Source: Pseudomonadota bacterium
GTDB lineage: Bacteria; Pseudomonadota; Gammaproteobacteria; Burkholderiales; Thiobacillaceae
Length of the DNA: 64,000 nt
Direction: 5' to 3'
Assembly: GCA_030691265.1 (NCBI GenBank)
Contig: JAUYET010000075.1
Span: 880 to 64,879 of the forward strand
Shown here: positions 9,557 through 21,088 of the stretch, piece after piece
How the letters are laid out: each line of letters starts with the position of its first letter
Position numbering within the stretch: the first letter of the stretch is position 1
Notes under the pieces: generated by a model
What the model was told of the DNA's origin: nothing
The model's input: only the letters and a program-made list of their open reading frames with translations
Databases searched by the model: none
Position numbers and translations under genes: made by a program

Positions 9557-10636
9557 ATGACTTCCGATACACCCACACCCGTGATTCCCGCCGCCTGCCC
9601 CGTAACCGATGTGCCGCCCGTGATCGAAGAAGTGCTGGCGCCAGGCGAGCAGGAAGCGCTGACCGCCTGCATCAAGACGCTGCTGGTCGAGCAGGATGCG
9701 GTTCTGGTGGCGCACTACTACACCTCGGCCGTATTGCAGAAACTGGCCGAGGAAACCGGCGGTTGCGTTTCGGATTCGCTGGAAATGGCGCGTTTCGGCC
9801 ATGCCGCCAAGTCGAAAACGCTGGTCGTGGCCGGCGTGCGCTTCATGGGCGAGACCGCCAAAATTCTGAATCCGGAGAAACGCGTATTGATGCCGGATCT
9901 GCATGCCGAGTGTTCCCTCGACCTGTCCTGTCCGGCGGACGCCTTCAGCCAGTTTTGCGATGCGCATCCGGATCGCGTCGTGGTGGTCTACGCCAACACT
10001 TCCGCCGCTGTGAAAGCGCGCGCCGACTGGATGGTGACTTCCAGCATCGCGGTGAAAGTCGCGGCGCATCTGCATGCGCAAGGCAAGAAGCTGATCTGGG
10101 CGCCGGATCGCTATCTCGGCGATTACGTGCAGAAAACCACCGGCGCCGACATGCTGCTCTGGCAAGGCTCGTGCGTGGTGCATGAAAAATTCAAGGCGGC
10201 AGGCATCCGCGCCTTGAAAGCCCAATACCAGGACGTGGCCGTGCTGGTGCATCCGGAATCGCCGGCCGCCGTCATCGCGCTGGCCGATGTGGTCGGCTCG
10301 ACTACGCAACTGATCCGCGCGGCGGCGGAATTGCCGCAGCAGACCCTGATCGTCGCCACCGACAACGGCATCTTTCACAAGATGCGACTCGCCGCGCCTG
10401 GCAAGACGCTGCTGGAAGCGCCGACCGGCGGCGCTGGCGCGACTTGCGTGTCTTGCGCGCACTGTCCGTGGATGGCGATGAACGGGCTGAAAGGTTTGCT
10501 GCACGTGCTTGAAACCGGCGCCAATGAAATCCACATCGACCCGGCGATCGGCCGCCGTGCCGTGGTCTCGATCAACCGGATGCTCGAATTTGCCGGCCAG
10601 ACCGGCATCAGCATCGCCGGCATGAGCGGCGATTGA
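9557..10636 (+). CDS. nadA: Quinolinate synthase NadA
   Basis: [16 protein letters not shown], conserved Cys residues and HPES motifs. Start placed at MTSDTP; the longer ORF from 9374 overlaps hda. Confidence 0.9.
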   Translation: MTSDTPTPVIPAACPVTDVPPVIEEVLAPGEQEALTACIKTLLVEQDAVLVAHYYTSAVLQKLAEETGGCVSDSLEMARFGHAAKSKTLVVAGVRFMGETAKILNPEKRVLMPDLHAECSLDLSCPADAFSQFCDAHPDRVVVVYANTSAAVKARADWMVTSSIAVKVAAHLHAQGKKLIWAPDRYLGDYVQKTTGADMLLWQGSCVVHEKFKAAGIRALKAQYQDVAVLVHPESPAAVIALADVVGSTTQLIRAAAELPQQTLIVATDNGIFHKMRLAAPGKTLLEAPTGGAGATCVSCAHCPWMAMNGLKGLLHVLETGANEIHIDPAIGRRAVVSINRMLEFAGQTGISIAGMSGD

Positions 10637-10666
10637 GCGGTACCTCTCATCTCACCGGAGAACAAC

Positions 10667-11086
10667 ATGCGCTTCATACAGGAATTCAAGGCTTTCGCGA
10701 TGCGCGGCAATGTTGTCGATCTGGCGGTCGGCGTCGTGATCGGCGCGGCCTTCGGCAAGATCGTCGATTCTCTGGTCAAGGACATCATCATGCCGGTGGT
10801 CGGCGCGATGCTGGGCGGCGTCGATTTCAAGCAGTTCTATTTCAATCTCGGTGGCACGTCATACGAGAGCCTGGAACTGGCCGAAAAAGCCGGCGCGCCG
10901 CTGATCAAATACGGCGCCTTCATCAACAGCATGGTGGACTTCACCCTCATCGCCTTCGCCATCTTCGTCGCCGTGAAAGCCATCAACAAACTCAAGCGCA
11001 CGGAAGATGCCGCGCCGGTGGCCCCCGCGCCAACGCCGGAAGACATCGTCTTGCTGCGCGAAATTCGGGATGCATTGAAAAAATGA
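10667..11086 (+). CDS. mscL: Large-conductance mechanosensitive channel
   Basis: [33 protein letters not shown] is near-canonical MscL. Confidence 0.95.
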   Translation: MRFIQEFKAFAMRGNVVDLAVGVVIGAAFGKIVDSLVKDIIMPVVGAMLGGVDFKQFYFNLGGTSYESLELAEKAGAPLIKYGAFINSMVDFTLIAFAIFVAVKAINKLKRTEDAAPVAPAPTPEDIVLLREIRDALKK

Positions 11087-11823
11087 ACACGACACGCCGC
11101 CGTTTGCTGCAAACCTGTGTTTTCTTGCCCTGGCTGGGCTTGGTCAGCACTCAAACCCACGCTCAAGCCCACACTCAAACCCAAGCCCAGACCGGCGCCA
11201 CCGATCTGCTCGGCGCGATCAGCGGGCCGGAAGCCGCGCAGGCGCTGCGCGACAGCCTGGAGCGGGGCGCCGGCAATGCCATCGCCAGACTGGGCCGCGA
11301 GAACGGTTTTTTTGCAGATCCCAAGCTCAAGATCGGTTTGCCGAAGAATTTCGCCAAGGCCGAGGGCATTCTGCGCGGTCTCGGGCATGGCCAGAAAGTG
11401 GATGACCTGGTGCTGGCCATGAATCGGGCCGCCGAAACCGCTGCGCCGCAGGCTAAAAATCTGCTGTTGGCGGCCGTCGAAAGCATGAGCATCGACGATG
11501 CCAAAGCCATCCTGAGCGGCGGCGACAATGCCGCCACCGACTATTTTCGCAAGACAACGGAGACGCAACTGGCGGAACAACTGATGCCGCTGATCAAGTC
11601 AGTCACCGCGCAGAGCGACCTCGCGCGTTCTTACAAGGCACTTGCCGGCGCGTTGGCGAAATACGGACTCAAAAGTGAGCAAAGCACCGTAGAGGGTTAT
11701 GTCAACAAGAAAGCCCTCGACGGCATTTACCGTGCCATCGGCGAGGAAGAACGCAATTTGCGCGCCAACCCGACGCAACACGCCGGCAGCCTGCTCGGCA
11801 AAGTATTCGGTTTGTTGAAGTGA
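11083..11823 (+). CDS. DUF4197-like periplasmic protein with a twin-arginine signal
   Basis: [10 protein letters not shown] Tat-like leader. ATGA overlap with the mscL stop. Confidence 0.55.
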   Translation: MNTTRRRLLQTCVFLPWLGLVSTQTHAQAHTQTQAQTGATDLLGAISGPEAAQALRDSLERGAGNAIARLGRENGFFADPKLKIGLPKNFAKAEGILRGLGHGQKVDDLVLAMNRAAETAAPQAKNLLLAAVESMSIDDAKAILSGGDNAATDYFRKTTETQLAEQLMPLIKSVTAQSDLARSYKALAGALAKYGLKSEQSTVEGYVNKKALDGIYRAIGEEERNLRANPTQHAGSLLGKVFGLLK

Positions 11824-11828
11824 TTTAT

Positions 11829-11969
11829 CCTGAAAACCTCAGTTGACGGATAAATTCATTACGATTCAATGCGTTGCGAGATGTCTGTAGGTGCGAATTC
11901 ATTCGCACAGAAGTCGTTGATTGTGCGAATAAATTCGCACCTACGAGCGCTTCAACTGAGGTTTCTAGG
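11829..11969. mobile_element. 141-bp MITE, copy A
   Basis: 18-bp TIRs CCTGAAAACCTCAGTTGA / TCAACTGAGGTTTCTAGG. Internal GTAG-headed palindrome gtaggtgcgaat..attcgcac x2. Flanked by the 5-bp direct repeat TTTAT (11824-11828 and 11970-11974). Confidence 0.85.
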
Positions 11970-11995
11970 TTTATTGACCCCAAGGAGTCCACCAG

Positions 11996-13048
11996 ATGCG
12001 TATCCAGTCCACCGTACTGAGCAGCCTTGCCGCAGCGCTGATCGCCGCCGGCGCCCTGCCTGTCCAGGCCGCCGATGCGCCGTATTACAACCCGGCCAAC
12101 GCCGCCAGTTCGAGCGGCCAGACCAGTGGTTACGAGCTTTACCAGACCATCGGTTGTCCCGGCCGCGGCATTCTTGACGCCCCTTGCGCGGGTCCGGTGG
12201 CGGCCAAACCCGCCGCACCGGTGGTGGAAAAACCTGCACCGGTAGTCCAGGTCCTCGATAGCGACGGCGATGGCGTCGCCGACGACAAGGATCGCTGCCC
12301 CGGCACGCCGATGGGCGCCAAGGTCGATGCGCTAGGCTGCGAACTCGATGGCGACAAAGATGGTGTGGTCGATCGCCTGGACAAATGCCCGACCACGCCG
12401 GCCGGCCGCAAGGTGAACGCCCAGGGTTGCGAACTGGATGGCGACGGCGATGGCGTTGTCGATGCGCTGGATAAATGCCCGACCACGTCGGCTGGCCGCA
12501 CGGTGAACGCCGAAGGTTGCGAACTGGATGGCGATGGCGATGGTGTGGTCGATGCACTCGACAAGTGCCCGACCACCCCGGCCGGCAACAGGGTCAACAG
12601 CCAGGGCTGCGATCTGGATACTGACGGCGATGGCGTCATCGATAGCGCCGACCAGTGTCCGACGACGCCGGCTGGCGAGCGCGTCGATGCAAAAGGCTGT
12701 TCGTTGCCGAAAGTGATCAACCTCGATGGGGTCAATTTCGACAACAACGATGACGCCTTGCGTCCCGCCGTCGCCGCCATTCTGGATGCCGCTGTCGCCA
12801 CGCTGAAGCGCTATCCCGGCTTGCAGGTGGAAGTCGCCGGCCATACCGACAGCACCAGCAGCGATGCGCACAACCTGGATCTGTCGCAACGCCGCGCCCA
12901 GGCGGTGATGGACTACTTCATCAGCAAAGGCGTCAAAGCCGACAGCTTGAGCGCCAAGGGTTACGGTGAAGTTCTGCCCATCGCCGACAACGCCACGGCC
13001 GAGGGGCGCTTCAAGAATCGTCGAGTCGAGCTGCGGATACTGAACTGA
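11996..13048 (+). CDS. OmpA-family protein with thrombospondin type-3 (TSP3) calcium-binding repeats
   Basis: Signal peptide, five DxDxDGxxDxxDxCP repeats, and a C-terminal OmpA_C domain (GHTDSTSSDAHNLDLSQRRAQAV). Confidence 0.85.
   Translation: MRIQSTVLSSLAAALIAAGALPVQAADAPYYNPANAASSSGQTSGYELYQTIGCPGRGILDAPCAGPVAAKPAAPVVEKPAPVVQVLDSDGDGVADDKDRCPGTPMGAKVDALGCELDGDKDGVVDRLDKCPTTPAGRKVNAQGCELDGDGDGVVDALDKCPTTSAGRTVNAEGCELDGDGDGVVDALDKCPTTPAGNRVNSQGCDLDTDGDGVIDSADQCPTTPAGERVDAKGCSLPKVINLDGVNFDNNDDALRPAVAAILDAAVATLKRYPGLQVEVAGHTDSTSSDAHNLDLSQRRAQAVMDYFISKGVKADSLSAKGYGEVLPIADNATAEGRFKNRRVELRILN
12257..12700 (+). repeat. Five tandem ~90-bp (30-aa) coding repeats inside the OmpA/TSP3 gene
   Basis: Units CELDGDGDGVVDALDKCPTTxAGRxVNAxG are nearly identical at the DNA level. 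Confidence 0.8.
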
Positions 13049-13064
13049 GCCAGAATTGCGACAA

Positions 13065-13095
13065 GAAAAAAGGCCACGTTCGCGTGGCCTTTTTT
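13065..13095. terminator. Bidirectional rho-independent terminator
   Basis: aaaaaa-aggccacg-ttcg-cgtggcct-ttttt, between two convergent genes. Confidence 0.7.
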
Positions 13096-13116
13096 GTCAG
13101 CGGTCGAAACGCCGCT

Positions 13117-13854
13117 TCAGACCTTGTACCCCACGTGTAACGCCACCACGCCGACGGTCATGTTGAAGTAGTCGACGCGCTGAAAGCCGACCGATTCCAT
13201 CATGCTTTTCAGCGTTTCCTGATCCGGATGCATGCGGATGGATTCGGCCAGGTAGCGATAGCTTTCGGCGTCCTTGGTGACCAGTTCGCCCATGCGCGGC
13301 AGCATCTTGAACGAGTAGAGGTCATACAGCGGCGCCAGCGGTTTCCATATCTTGGAAAACTCCAGCACCATCAGCTTGCCGCCCGGTTTCAGCACGCGGC
13401 GCATTTCGGCCAGCGCGACTTCCTTGTGCGTCATGTTGCGCAGGCCGAAGGCGACGGTGACCAGGTCGAAGTAATCGCTTGGAAACGGCAGTTTTTCCGC
13501 GTCGCACTGGGCCACCGGCAACATCAAGCCTTTGTCCATCATGCGGTCGCGGCCGACGCCCAGCATCGAGCCGTTGATGTCGGTCAGCCAGACTTCGCCG
13601 CTCGGGCCGGCTTCTTCAGCCAGTAAACGCGCGATGTCGCCGGTGCCGCCGGCGATATCCAACACCTTGTGGCCGGGGCGGATGCGCGCGTGCAAGGCCA
13701 GAAAACGCTTCCAGACCCGGTGCAGGCCCATCGACATGAGGTCGTTCATCGCGTCGTAGCGATTGGCGACGGAATGGAATACCTCGGCGACCTTGCGGGC
13801 TTTTTCTTCCTCGGCGACGGTCTTGAAGCCGAAATGGGTTTGTTTGTCAGACAT
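13117..13854 (-). CDS. ubiE: Ubiquinone/menaquinone biosynthesis C-methyltransferase UbiE
   Basis: [39 protein letters not shown] and the [13 protein letters not shown] motif. Confidence 0.9.
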   Translation of the reverse strand: MSDKQTHFGFKTVAEEEKARKVAEVFHSVANRYDAMNDLMSMGLHRVWKRFLALHARIRPGHKVLDIAGGTGDIARLLAEEAGPSGEVWLTDINGSMLGVGRDRMMDKGLMLPVAQCDAEKLPFPSDYFDLVTVAFGLRNMTHKEVALAEMRRVLKPGGKLMVLEFSKIWKPLAPLYDLYSFKMLPRMGELVTKDAESYRYLAESIRMHPDQETLKSMMESVGFQRVDYFNMTVGVVALHVGYKV

Positions 13855-13863
13855 GATTAGTGT

Positions 13864-13960
13864 GAAAGACGCGAAGCGCCTTCTCGAAGCTCCCCTCTCC
13901 CGCATGCGGGAGAGGGGTTGGGGGTGAGGGAAACGGGCATGGCGCAGGCTTTCATGATTC
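13864..13960. repeat. Composite repeat X, copy 1 (inverted orientation)
   Basis: cccctctcccgcatgcgggagagggg palindrome plus flanking ccctcaccccca and aaacgggcatggcg segments, shared with the copies at 15205 and 54899. Confidence 0.5.
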
Positions 13961-13983
13961 GGGGCAGACTCAATCCATGCCCG

Positions 13984-14250
13984 TTAATGCGGTTTGAAGC
14001 CTTCCGGTGCGCCGACGCCTTCGCCGAAGAAATACTTCTCGGCCTGTTCCATCAGGTATTTGCGATGCTGGAGGTCGGCCAGGTTGAGGCGGTTCTCGTT
14101 GATGATCATGGTTTGCAGCTTGATCCAGCCCTGCCAGGCTTCTTTCGAAACGTTTTCGAACACGCGCTTGCCGAGTTCGCCCGGCAGGAGTGGGAAATCC
14201 AAGCCTTCGGCTTCGCGGCCGAGTTTTACGCACTGCACCATACGTGCCAT
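13984..14250 (-). CDS. yggX: Fe(2+)-trafficking protein YggX
   Basis: [29 protein letters not shown]-type sequence. 88 aa. Confidence 0.85.
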   Translation of the reverse strand: MARMVQCVKLGREAEGLDFPLLPGELGKRVFENVSKEAWQGWIKLQTMIINENRLNLADLQHRKYLMEQAEKYFFGEGVGAPEGFKPH

Positions 14251-14310
14251 TTGATTGCTCCTGCTTCAGTTGATGAATGTGATGGATGGTAGCCGCTGGG
14301 CGAATTTGCG

Positions 14311-14649
14311 TCACTCGCCCGCGCGTGGCGGGTCGAGTTGTTTATCGAGGCGTTTGGCGAATACCGCCATTTCCCTGGCCGCCTGGATGTCGCCTTTGGC
14401 TTCGGCGGCGGCGATGCCTAGTCGATAGGTCTCGCGCGCTTCGGTCAGTTTGCCGGCTTCGCTCAACGCCTTGCCCAGCGCTTTCCAGGCGGCCGAATAG
14501 CGCGGGTCGAATGCCAGCGCGGCTTGCAGATGTGCGCACGCATCCTCCAGGCGGCCAAGTTTCAGGTACTCGTTGCCGAGCGAGTAACGCAGCAAGACAT
14601 TGTCCTTGCCCGAGGCCAGCATTTTTTCGAAGGTATCCAGCGCGCTCAT
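14311..14649 (-). CDS. Small tetratricopeptide-repeat protein
   Basis: TPR-like helices (LRYSLGNEYLKLGRLEDACAHLQAALAFDPRYSAAWKALG). Start taken at MSALD. Confidence 0.55.
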   Translation of the reverse strand: MSALDTFEKMLASGKDNVLLRYSLGNEYLKLGRLEDACAHLQAALAFDPRYSAAWKALGKALSEAGKLTEARETYRLGIAAAEAKGDIQAAREMAVFAKRLDKQLDPPRAGE

Positions 14650-14694
14650 GGCAATTTCCCGATTTGGAGATAGGCAGGGTGGGGGCAAATCAGG

Positions 14695-15165
14695 TCAGCG
14701 CAAGTCCGCGCCGGCATAGCCCTGTTGGCGCCAGGCCTCGAATACCGTTACCGCGACCGCATTGGAAAGATTCAGGCTGCGCTGGCCAGGCAGCATCGGC
14801 AGGCGCAGACGTGCATCGGCGGCGAAGTCGGCCAGCAGGTCGGCGGAGAGACCGCGCGTTTCCGGCCCGAACACGAACACATCGCCGGGCTGAAAGGCGA
14901 TTTCGGCGTATGACCGCGATGACTTGGTGGTGAACGCGAAGCGCCGCCGCCCGGCCAGCGCCTGCAATAACGCCGGCCAATCGGCATGCACGACCAGTTC
15001 GGCGTACTCGTGGTAATCGAGGCCGGCGCGACGCAATTGCTTGTCGCTCAGATCGAACCCTAAGGGTTGCACTAGATGCAAACGACAGCCGGTATTGGCG
15101 GTGAGACGGATCACATTTCCGGTGTTGGGCGGGATTTCCGGTTCAACCAAAACGATTTCAAACAT
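14695..15165 (-). CDS. trmL: tRNA (cytidine/uridine-2'-O)-methyltransferase TrmL
   Basis: [21 protein letters not shown] SpoU-type motif. 156 aa. Confidence 0.85.
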   Translation of the reverse strand: MFEIVLVEPEIPPNTGNVIRLTANTGCRLHLVQPLGFDLSDKQLRRAGLDYHEYAELVVHADWPALLQALAGRRRFAFTTKSSRSYAEIAFQPGDVFVFGPETRGLSADLLADFAADARLRLPMLPGQRSLNLSNAVAVTVFEAWRQQGYAGADLR

Positions 15166-15204
15166 ATAACTTGAGATATAGAAGCTAAGTCGTTAATTTA
15201 CGGG

Positions 15205-15290
15205 CAAATCCCTCACCCCTAGCCCCTCTCCCGCTTGCGGGAGAGGGGAACTTCGAGCGTCGCTGTGCGACGTTCACGTTGAAACTGGAG
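15205..15290. repeat. Composite repeat X, copy 2
   Basis: ccctcacccctagcccctctcccgcttgcgggagaggggaacttcgagcgtcgctgtgcgacgttcac, immediately upstream of mshE. Confidence 0.5.
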
Positions 15291-15297
15291 TCCGCAT

Positions 15298-16998
<1,701 letters not shown>

Positions 16999-17007
16999 AG
17001 TGGATAG

Positions 17008-17062
17008 GTAGGGTGCACTATGCGCACCGATACGCATTAACGGTGCGCGCGGCGCACCCTAC
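17008..17062. repeat. REP (gtagggtgc.. family)
   Basis: gtagggtgcactatgcgcacc ... ggtgcgcgcggcgcaccctac palindrome between mshE and mshG. Confidence 0.7.
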
Positions 17063-17067
17063 GGCCC

Positions 17068-18291
17068 ATGCCCGCTTTCACCTATAAAGCCCGTAACCCG
17101 CGCGGCGAACTGCTCGCCGGACGCCTGGAAGGCGGTTCCAGCGATGCGGTGGCGGATGAGTTGATGCGCTCCGGGCTGACGCCGGTGGAGGTGAAGGCGT
17201 TGGCCGGAAAGGCGGAGGCGGCGAAGCTGTTCGGCGACTACTTCGAAGAGAAGGTCAGCGAACTCGACATCATGTTGTTCGCGCGCCAGATGGCCAGCCT
17301 GCTCAAGGCGGGCGTGCCGATTCTGCGCTCGCTGGCTTCGCTGGCAGAGTCGAGCGCGCATCCGGCATTCCAGAAACTGCTCGGCGATATCCGCGAAGGA
17401 CTTTCCGCCGGGCGCGAACTCTCGGCCTGTCTGCGCAAGCATGCGCAGGTGTTTCCGCCGTTCTTCATCAACATGGTGCGCGTCGGCGAAGCCACCGGCC
17501 GGCTCGACGACGTCTTCATGCGGCTGTTCCACCACATGGAATTCGAGCGCGAAATGCGCGACCGGGTGAAGAGCGCGCTGCGCTATCCGACTTTCGTCAT
17601 CGCCGCGCTGGCGATTGCACTCGGCGTCATCAACGTCTTCGTCATCCCCGCGTTCGCCAAGGTCTACAAAAGCTCGCATGCCGAATTGCCGTTGATGACC
17701 AGGATACTGGTCGGCTTCTCGGAATGGACGGTGCAATGGTGGCCGGCCCTGCTGGCTGGCGTGGCGCTGGGCTTCATGGCCTTGCGCTGGTGGAAAAACA
17801 CGCCGGATGGCCGCTACACCTGGGATCGTTGGCTGCTGAAAGCGCCCATCGCCGGCAAGATCGTGCACAAGGCCGCGCTGGCGCGTTTTTCCAAGGGTCT
17901 GGCGATGACTTACCAGAGCGGCGTGCCTATCGTGCAAGGCCTGACCAACGCTGCGGAAGTGGTCGATAACGCCTTCATCGCCAGCCGTATCGAACAGATG
18001 CGCAATGGCGTCGAGCGCGGCGAATCGCTGACCCGCGCTGCCACCACCACGGCGGTTTTCACGCCGGTCGTGTTGCAGATGATGGCGGTGGGCGAAGAGA
18101 CCGGCGAGCTGGATCGTTTGCTGGCCGAAATCGGCGAACTGCAACAGCGCGAAGTCGAATATGAAATCCGCACCCTGTCCGAACAGGTCGAACCCCTCCT
18201 CATCGCCGGCCTCGGCGCCATCGTGCTGGTGGTCGCACTCGGGGTATTCCTGCCGGTGTGGGATTTAGGCTCCACCATGATGAAGCGTTAA
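17068..18291 (+). CDS. mshG: Type IV pilus platform protein (GspF/PilC family)
   Basis: Two T2SSF repeats with the typical topology. Adjacent to mshE. Confidence 0.85.
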   Translation: MPAFTYKARNPRGELLAGRLEGGSSDAVADELMRSGLTPVEVKALAGKAEAAKLFGDYFEEKVSELDIMLFARQMASLLKAGVPILRSLASLAESSAHPAFQKLLGDIREGLSAGRELSACLRKHAQVFPPFFINMVRVGEATGRLDDVFMRLFHHMEFEREMRDRVKSALRYPTFVIAALAIALGVINVFVIPAFAKVYKSSHAELPLMTRILVGFSEWTVQWWPALLAGVALGFMALRWWKNTPDGRYTWDRWLLKAPIAGKIVHKAALARFSKGLAMTYQSGVPIVQGLTNAAEVVDNAFIASRIEQMRNGVERGESLTRAATTTAVFTPVVLQMMAVGEETGELDRLLAEIGELQQREVEYEIRTLSEQVEPLLIAGLGAIVLVVALGVFLPVWDLGSTMMKR

Positions 18292-18387
18292 GTGAAATCA
18301 CCCCGCCATGCCCGCTCAAGTTTCTTCCCTTCTTGCCGTATAACCCCCGTACAAATTTTGCCTCGCCGCCCCAAACAGGAGATCGCC

Positions 18388-18870
18388 ATGCCCAAGCTGA
18401 AAAATGATTCCACACGCCGCCCGATACGCCCGCTGCAAGCGGGTTTCACCATGATCGAACTGATCATGGTCATCGTCATCCTCGGCATTCTTGCCGCCGT
18501 CGCGCTGCCACGTTTTTACGACCTGCAAACCGATGCGCGCATGGCCAAGATGCAGGCGGCGGTGGGCGCGATCAAATCCGCTTCGGCGATCGCCCACTCG
18601 GGCGCATTGGTATCCAATCAGGCTGGCGCCACCGGCACCATCAAGATGGAGACCCTTGATGTCGGCCTCGTGAATGGCTACCCAAGTGTGAGCGGCATCG
18701 TCATCGCAGCTGGCGGGCTGACCGATTACGTGACATCTACAACCGGCACCACGCTCACGGTTACGCCCGACCCCAGCCATGCCACCTGCGTCATCACCTA
18801 CACAGAAGCCGCAGCAGGCGCCGCACCGGCCATCGTGTCCACCGCGCTGACCACCGCCAACTGCGATTGA
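18388..18870 (+). CDS. Major prepilin (MshA-like)
   Basis: AGGAG RBS. Prepilin motif QAG/FTMIELIMVIVILGILAAVALPRF with Glu at +5. C-terminal Cys pair. Confidence 0.75.
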   Translation: MPKLKNDSTRRPIRPLQAGFTMIELIMVIVILGILAAVALPRFYDLQTDARMAKMQAAVGAIKSASAIAHSGALVSNQAGATGTIKMETLDVGLVNGYPSVSGIVIAAGGLTDYVTSTTGTTLTVTPDPSHATCVITYTEAAAGAAPAIVSTALTTANCD

Positions 18871-18894
18871 GCGGCCTGAGCCGGGGTGATCGCC

Positions 18895-19344
18895 ATGCCT
18901 TCGTTGGCTAAAGGCTTCACCCTGGTCGAACTGATCGGCGTCATCGCCATCGCCGGCATTCTGGCGGCGGTGGCCGCGCCGCGCTTCTTCAATACCGCCA
19001 CGTTTGCGTCCCGAGGCTACTTCGATGCCGCCGCGGGATTTTTGCGTTATGCGCAGAAACTGGCCATCGCCCGTCACGGCAACGTGGCGGTACTGGTGAA
19101 CACCAGCGGTCTCACGCTATGCAGCGTCACCACCTCGCCTTGTCCTGTTGCCAGCCAGATTCTCGGTCCGGATGGCAACACGCCGTTTCAAGCCTTGGTG
19201 CCGAATGGTGTCAGCCTGGCAGGCAGCGTTGCCAGCTTCAGCTTCGACGCGCAAGGCCGGCCGAATACCGCTGCCATCCTCACCATTACCGGCGATCAAA
19301 CGCGCACGCTGACGGTGGAAGCGGAGACCGGTTATGTGCATTGA
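18895..19344 (+). CDS. Prepilin-type minor pilin
   Basis: MPSLAKG/FTLVELIGVIAIAGILAAVAAPRF. Confidence 0.7.
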   Translation: MPSLAKGFTLVELIGVIAIAGILAAVAAPRFFNTATFASRGYFDAAAGFLRYAQKLAIARHGNVAVLVNTSGLTLCSVTTSPCPVASQILGPDGNTPFQALVPNGVSLAGSVASFSFDAQGRPNTAAILTITGDQTRTLTVEAETGYVH

Positions 19345-19351
19345 AGCTAAC

Positions 19352-19424
19352 GTAGGTTGGGCAAAGCGCAGCGTGCCCAACATAGCTGCGGTTCGTTGGG
19401 CACGCTGCGCTTTGCCCAACCTAC
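19352..19424. repeat. REP pair (gtaggttgggcaaagcg.agcgtgcccaac family)
   Basis: Near-perfect palindrome. The same family occurs at 29661, 34095, 38128, 43463, 48167 and 60222. Confidence 0.85.
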
Positions 19425-19438
19425 GAACTACTCGTCAC

Positions 19439-19894
19439 TTGCAACAAGGTGTCTCCCTGATCGAAGCCGTGATGTTCATCGTCGTCGTCAGCGTTGCGCT
19501 GGTGGTCGTGCTGAAGGCGTTCGATATCGCCAACCAGGGCAGCGCCGACCCGGTGTTGCGGCGGCAATCTCTCGCCATCGCCCAATCGCTGCTCGATGAA
19601 ATCAGCTTCAAGAATTTCGCCAACCCCAGCCCCGGCGGTTATGCCGGCCCTTACAACGCGGCCACCCGCAGCCAGTTTGACGATGTGATGGACTACAACG
19701 GCTTCAACATGGCCGGCATCAGCGATCTCTCCGGCACGGCGGTGGTCGGCCTGACCGGCTACCGCGCCAGTGTCGCCGTGGTCGCCGCAGCCTTCGGCGC
19801 GGTGCCATCGACTGCCGGCTATCGCATCACTGTCACTGTTATCGACCCGGCGAACAACACACTTACGCTCGACGGTTACCGGGCGGATTACTGA
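19439..19894 (+). CDS. Prepilin-type minor pilin (MshD-like); start uncertain
   Basis: QQG/VSLIEAVMFIVVVSVALVVVL N-methylation motif. A TTG at 19439 just after the REP is proposed; the longer ORF from 19334 reads through the REP. Confidence 0.5.
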   Translation: MQQGVSLIEAVMFIVVVSVALVVVLKAFDIANQGSADPVLRRQSLAIAQSLLDEISFKNFANPSPGGYAGPYNAATRSQFDDVMDYNGFNMAGISDLSGTAVVGLTGYRASVAVVAAAFGAVPSTAGYRITVTVIDPANNTLTLDGYRADY

Positions 19895-19923
19895 ACATGA
19901 AGCGCGAACCTCCCGCCCGTCGC

Positions 19924-19979
19924 GTAGGGTGCGCCGTGCGCACCGGTCCACCGGTGATGCTGCGCGCGGCGCACCCTAC
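19924..19979. repeat. REP (gtagggtgcgcc.. family)
   Basis: gtagggtgcgccgtgcgcacc ... gcgcgcggcgcaccctac. Confidence 0.7.
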
Positions 19980-19986
19980 GGCGTTA

Positions 19987-20796
19987 ATGGCCGGCTTTTC
20001 CCTGATCGAACTCATCGTCGTCATCATGGTCGTCGGCATTCTTGCCGGCATCGTCGCGGTGTTCATCCGCAACCCGCTCGAAGGTTATATGGCGGCTTCG
20101 CGCCGGGCCGAGTTGACCGATACCGCCGATGGCGCGCTGGTCCGCATCGCCCGCGACCTGCGCACCGCGCTGCCCAACAGCGTGCGCGTCACGCAAGTCG
20201 GCAGCGCTTACTACCTGGAATACCTGCCCATCGAAGACGGCGGCCGCTATCGGGCGGAACAGACCGGCGCCGCAGCGGGCGACATTCTCGATTTCACCTC
20301 CGGCGCGGATGCCGGCTTCGACGTGCTCGGGCCTGCCGTCAGCGCCGCCCCAAGCCAATACCTGGTGGTCTACAACCTGGGGCTGGATGCCAGCACCGAT
20401 GCCTGGCAAGGCGGCAACCGGCGCGGCGTGACCAGCAACGGCGCAGTGGCGAATCTCGCCTTCAGCGCCAGCGGCAGTGCGTTGCCGCTGGAATCGCCCG
20501 GCCATCGTTTCTATCTGGTCGGCACGCCGGTCAGCTATGTTTGCGACCCCGCCGCCGGCACCGTGCGGCGCTATTCCGGCTACGGCGCGCCGACCGCCGC
20601 CCAGCCCACCAGCTTCGGCGCCGGCGCCAACGCGCTGCTCGCCAACCGGGTCAAGGCCTGCGGCATCCTCTACACCGCCGGCGCCAGCCAGCGCCTGGGC
20701 CAGCTCACGCTGTGGCTGCAACTGGAGAACAGCGAGGGTGACAACGCCGAACAGGTCTCGCTGTATCGGGAAGTGGTGGTGAACAACGATGCTTGA
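19987..20796 (+). CDS. mshO: Prepilin-type protein (MshO-like)
   Basis: MAG/FSLIELIVVIMVVGILAGIVAVF. About 270 aa. Position matches mshO in msh clusters. Confidence 0.55.
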   Translation: MAGFSLIELIVVIMVVGILAGIVAVFIRNPLEGYMAASRRAELTDTADGALVRIARDLRTALPNSVRVTQVGSAYYLEYLPIEDGGRYRAEQTGAAAGDILDFTSGADAGFDVLGPAVSAAPSQYLVVYNLGLDASTDAWQGGNRRGVTSNGAVANLAFSASGSALPLESPGHRFYLVGTPVSYVCDPAAGTVRRYSGYGAPTAAQPTSFGAGANALLANRVKACGILYTAGASQRLGQLTLWLQLENSEGDNAEQVSLYREVVVNNDA

Positions 20797-20827
20797 ATAT
20801 AACTATTTATAACCCCAGAATATAACC
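20796..20827 (+). promoter_or_regulatory. AT-rich putative promoter/operator of the toxin-antitoxin cassette
   Basis: Three TATAAC hexamers (20798, 20808, 20821) within a 32-bp AT-rich stretch in an otherwise GC-rich operon. Confidence 0.3.
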
Positions 20828-21088
20828 ATGCCCTATACGCTCTTCATCCGCCAGCAGGCCAGGAAAAAGCTGCAAAGTTTGTCCAGGCCTGAGCGATTCA
20901 GACTGGCGGAGAAGATCGAGCAGCTTGGCGCTAATCCGGACAGTACGGAACTGGACATCAAGAAGCTCGAAGGCGAGCCGTATTACCGGCTGCGTGTGGG
21001 CAATTGGCGCGTGATCTTCGACCGGCAGGACGCGGTCAGGGTGATCGCAATCGAAAAGATCAAGCCGCGTGGAGACGCCTACAAATGA
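20828..21088 (+). CDS. RelE/ParE-family type II toxin
   Basis: 86 aa. KKLEGEPYYRLRVGNWRVIFDRQD..VRVIAIEKIKPRGDAY is typical of the RelE/StbE family. Confidence 0.8.
   Translation: MPYTLFIRQQARKKLQSLSRPERFRLAEKIEQLGANPDSTELDIKKLEGEPYYRLRVGNWRVIFDRQDAVRVIAIEKIKPRGDAYK

Noticed and set aside
19352-19979. Clustered repeats considered as a possible CRISPR array
   Set aside because: The repeats are self-complementary palindrome pairs from different families, not direct repeats with unique spacers of regular length. No cas genes or leader are present.
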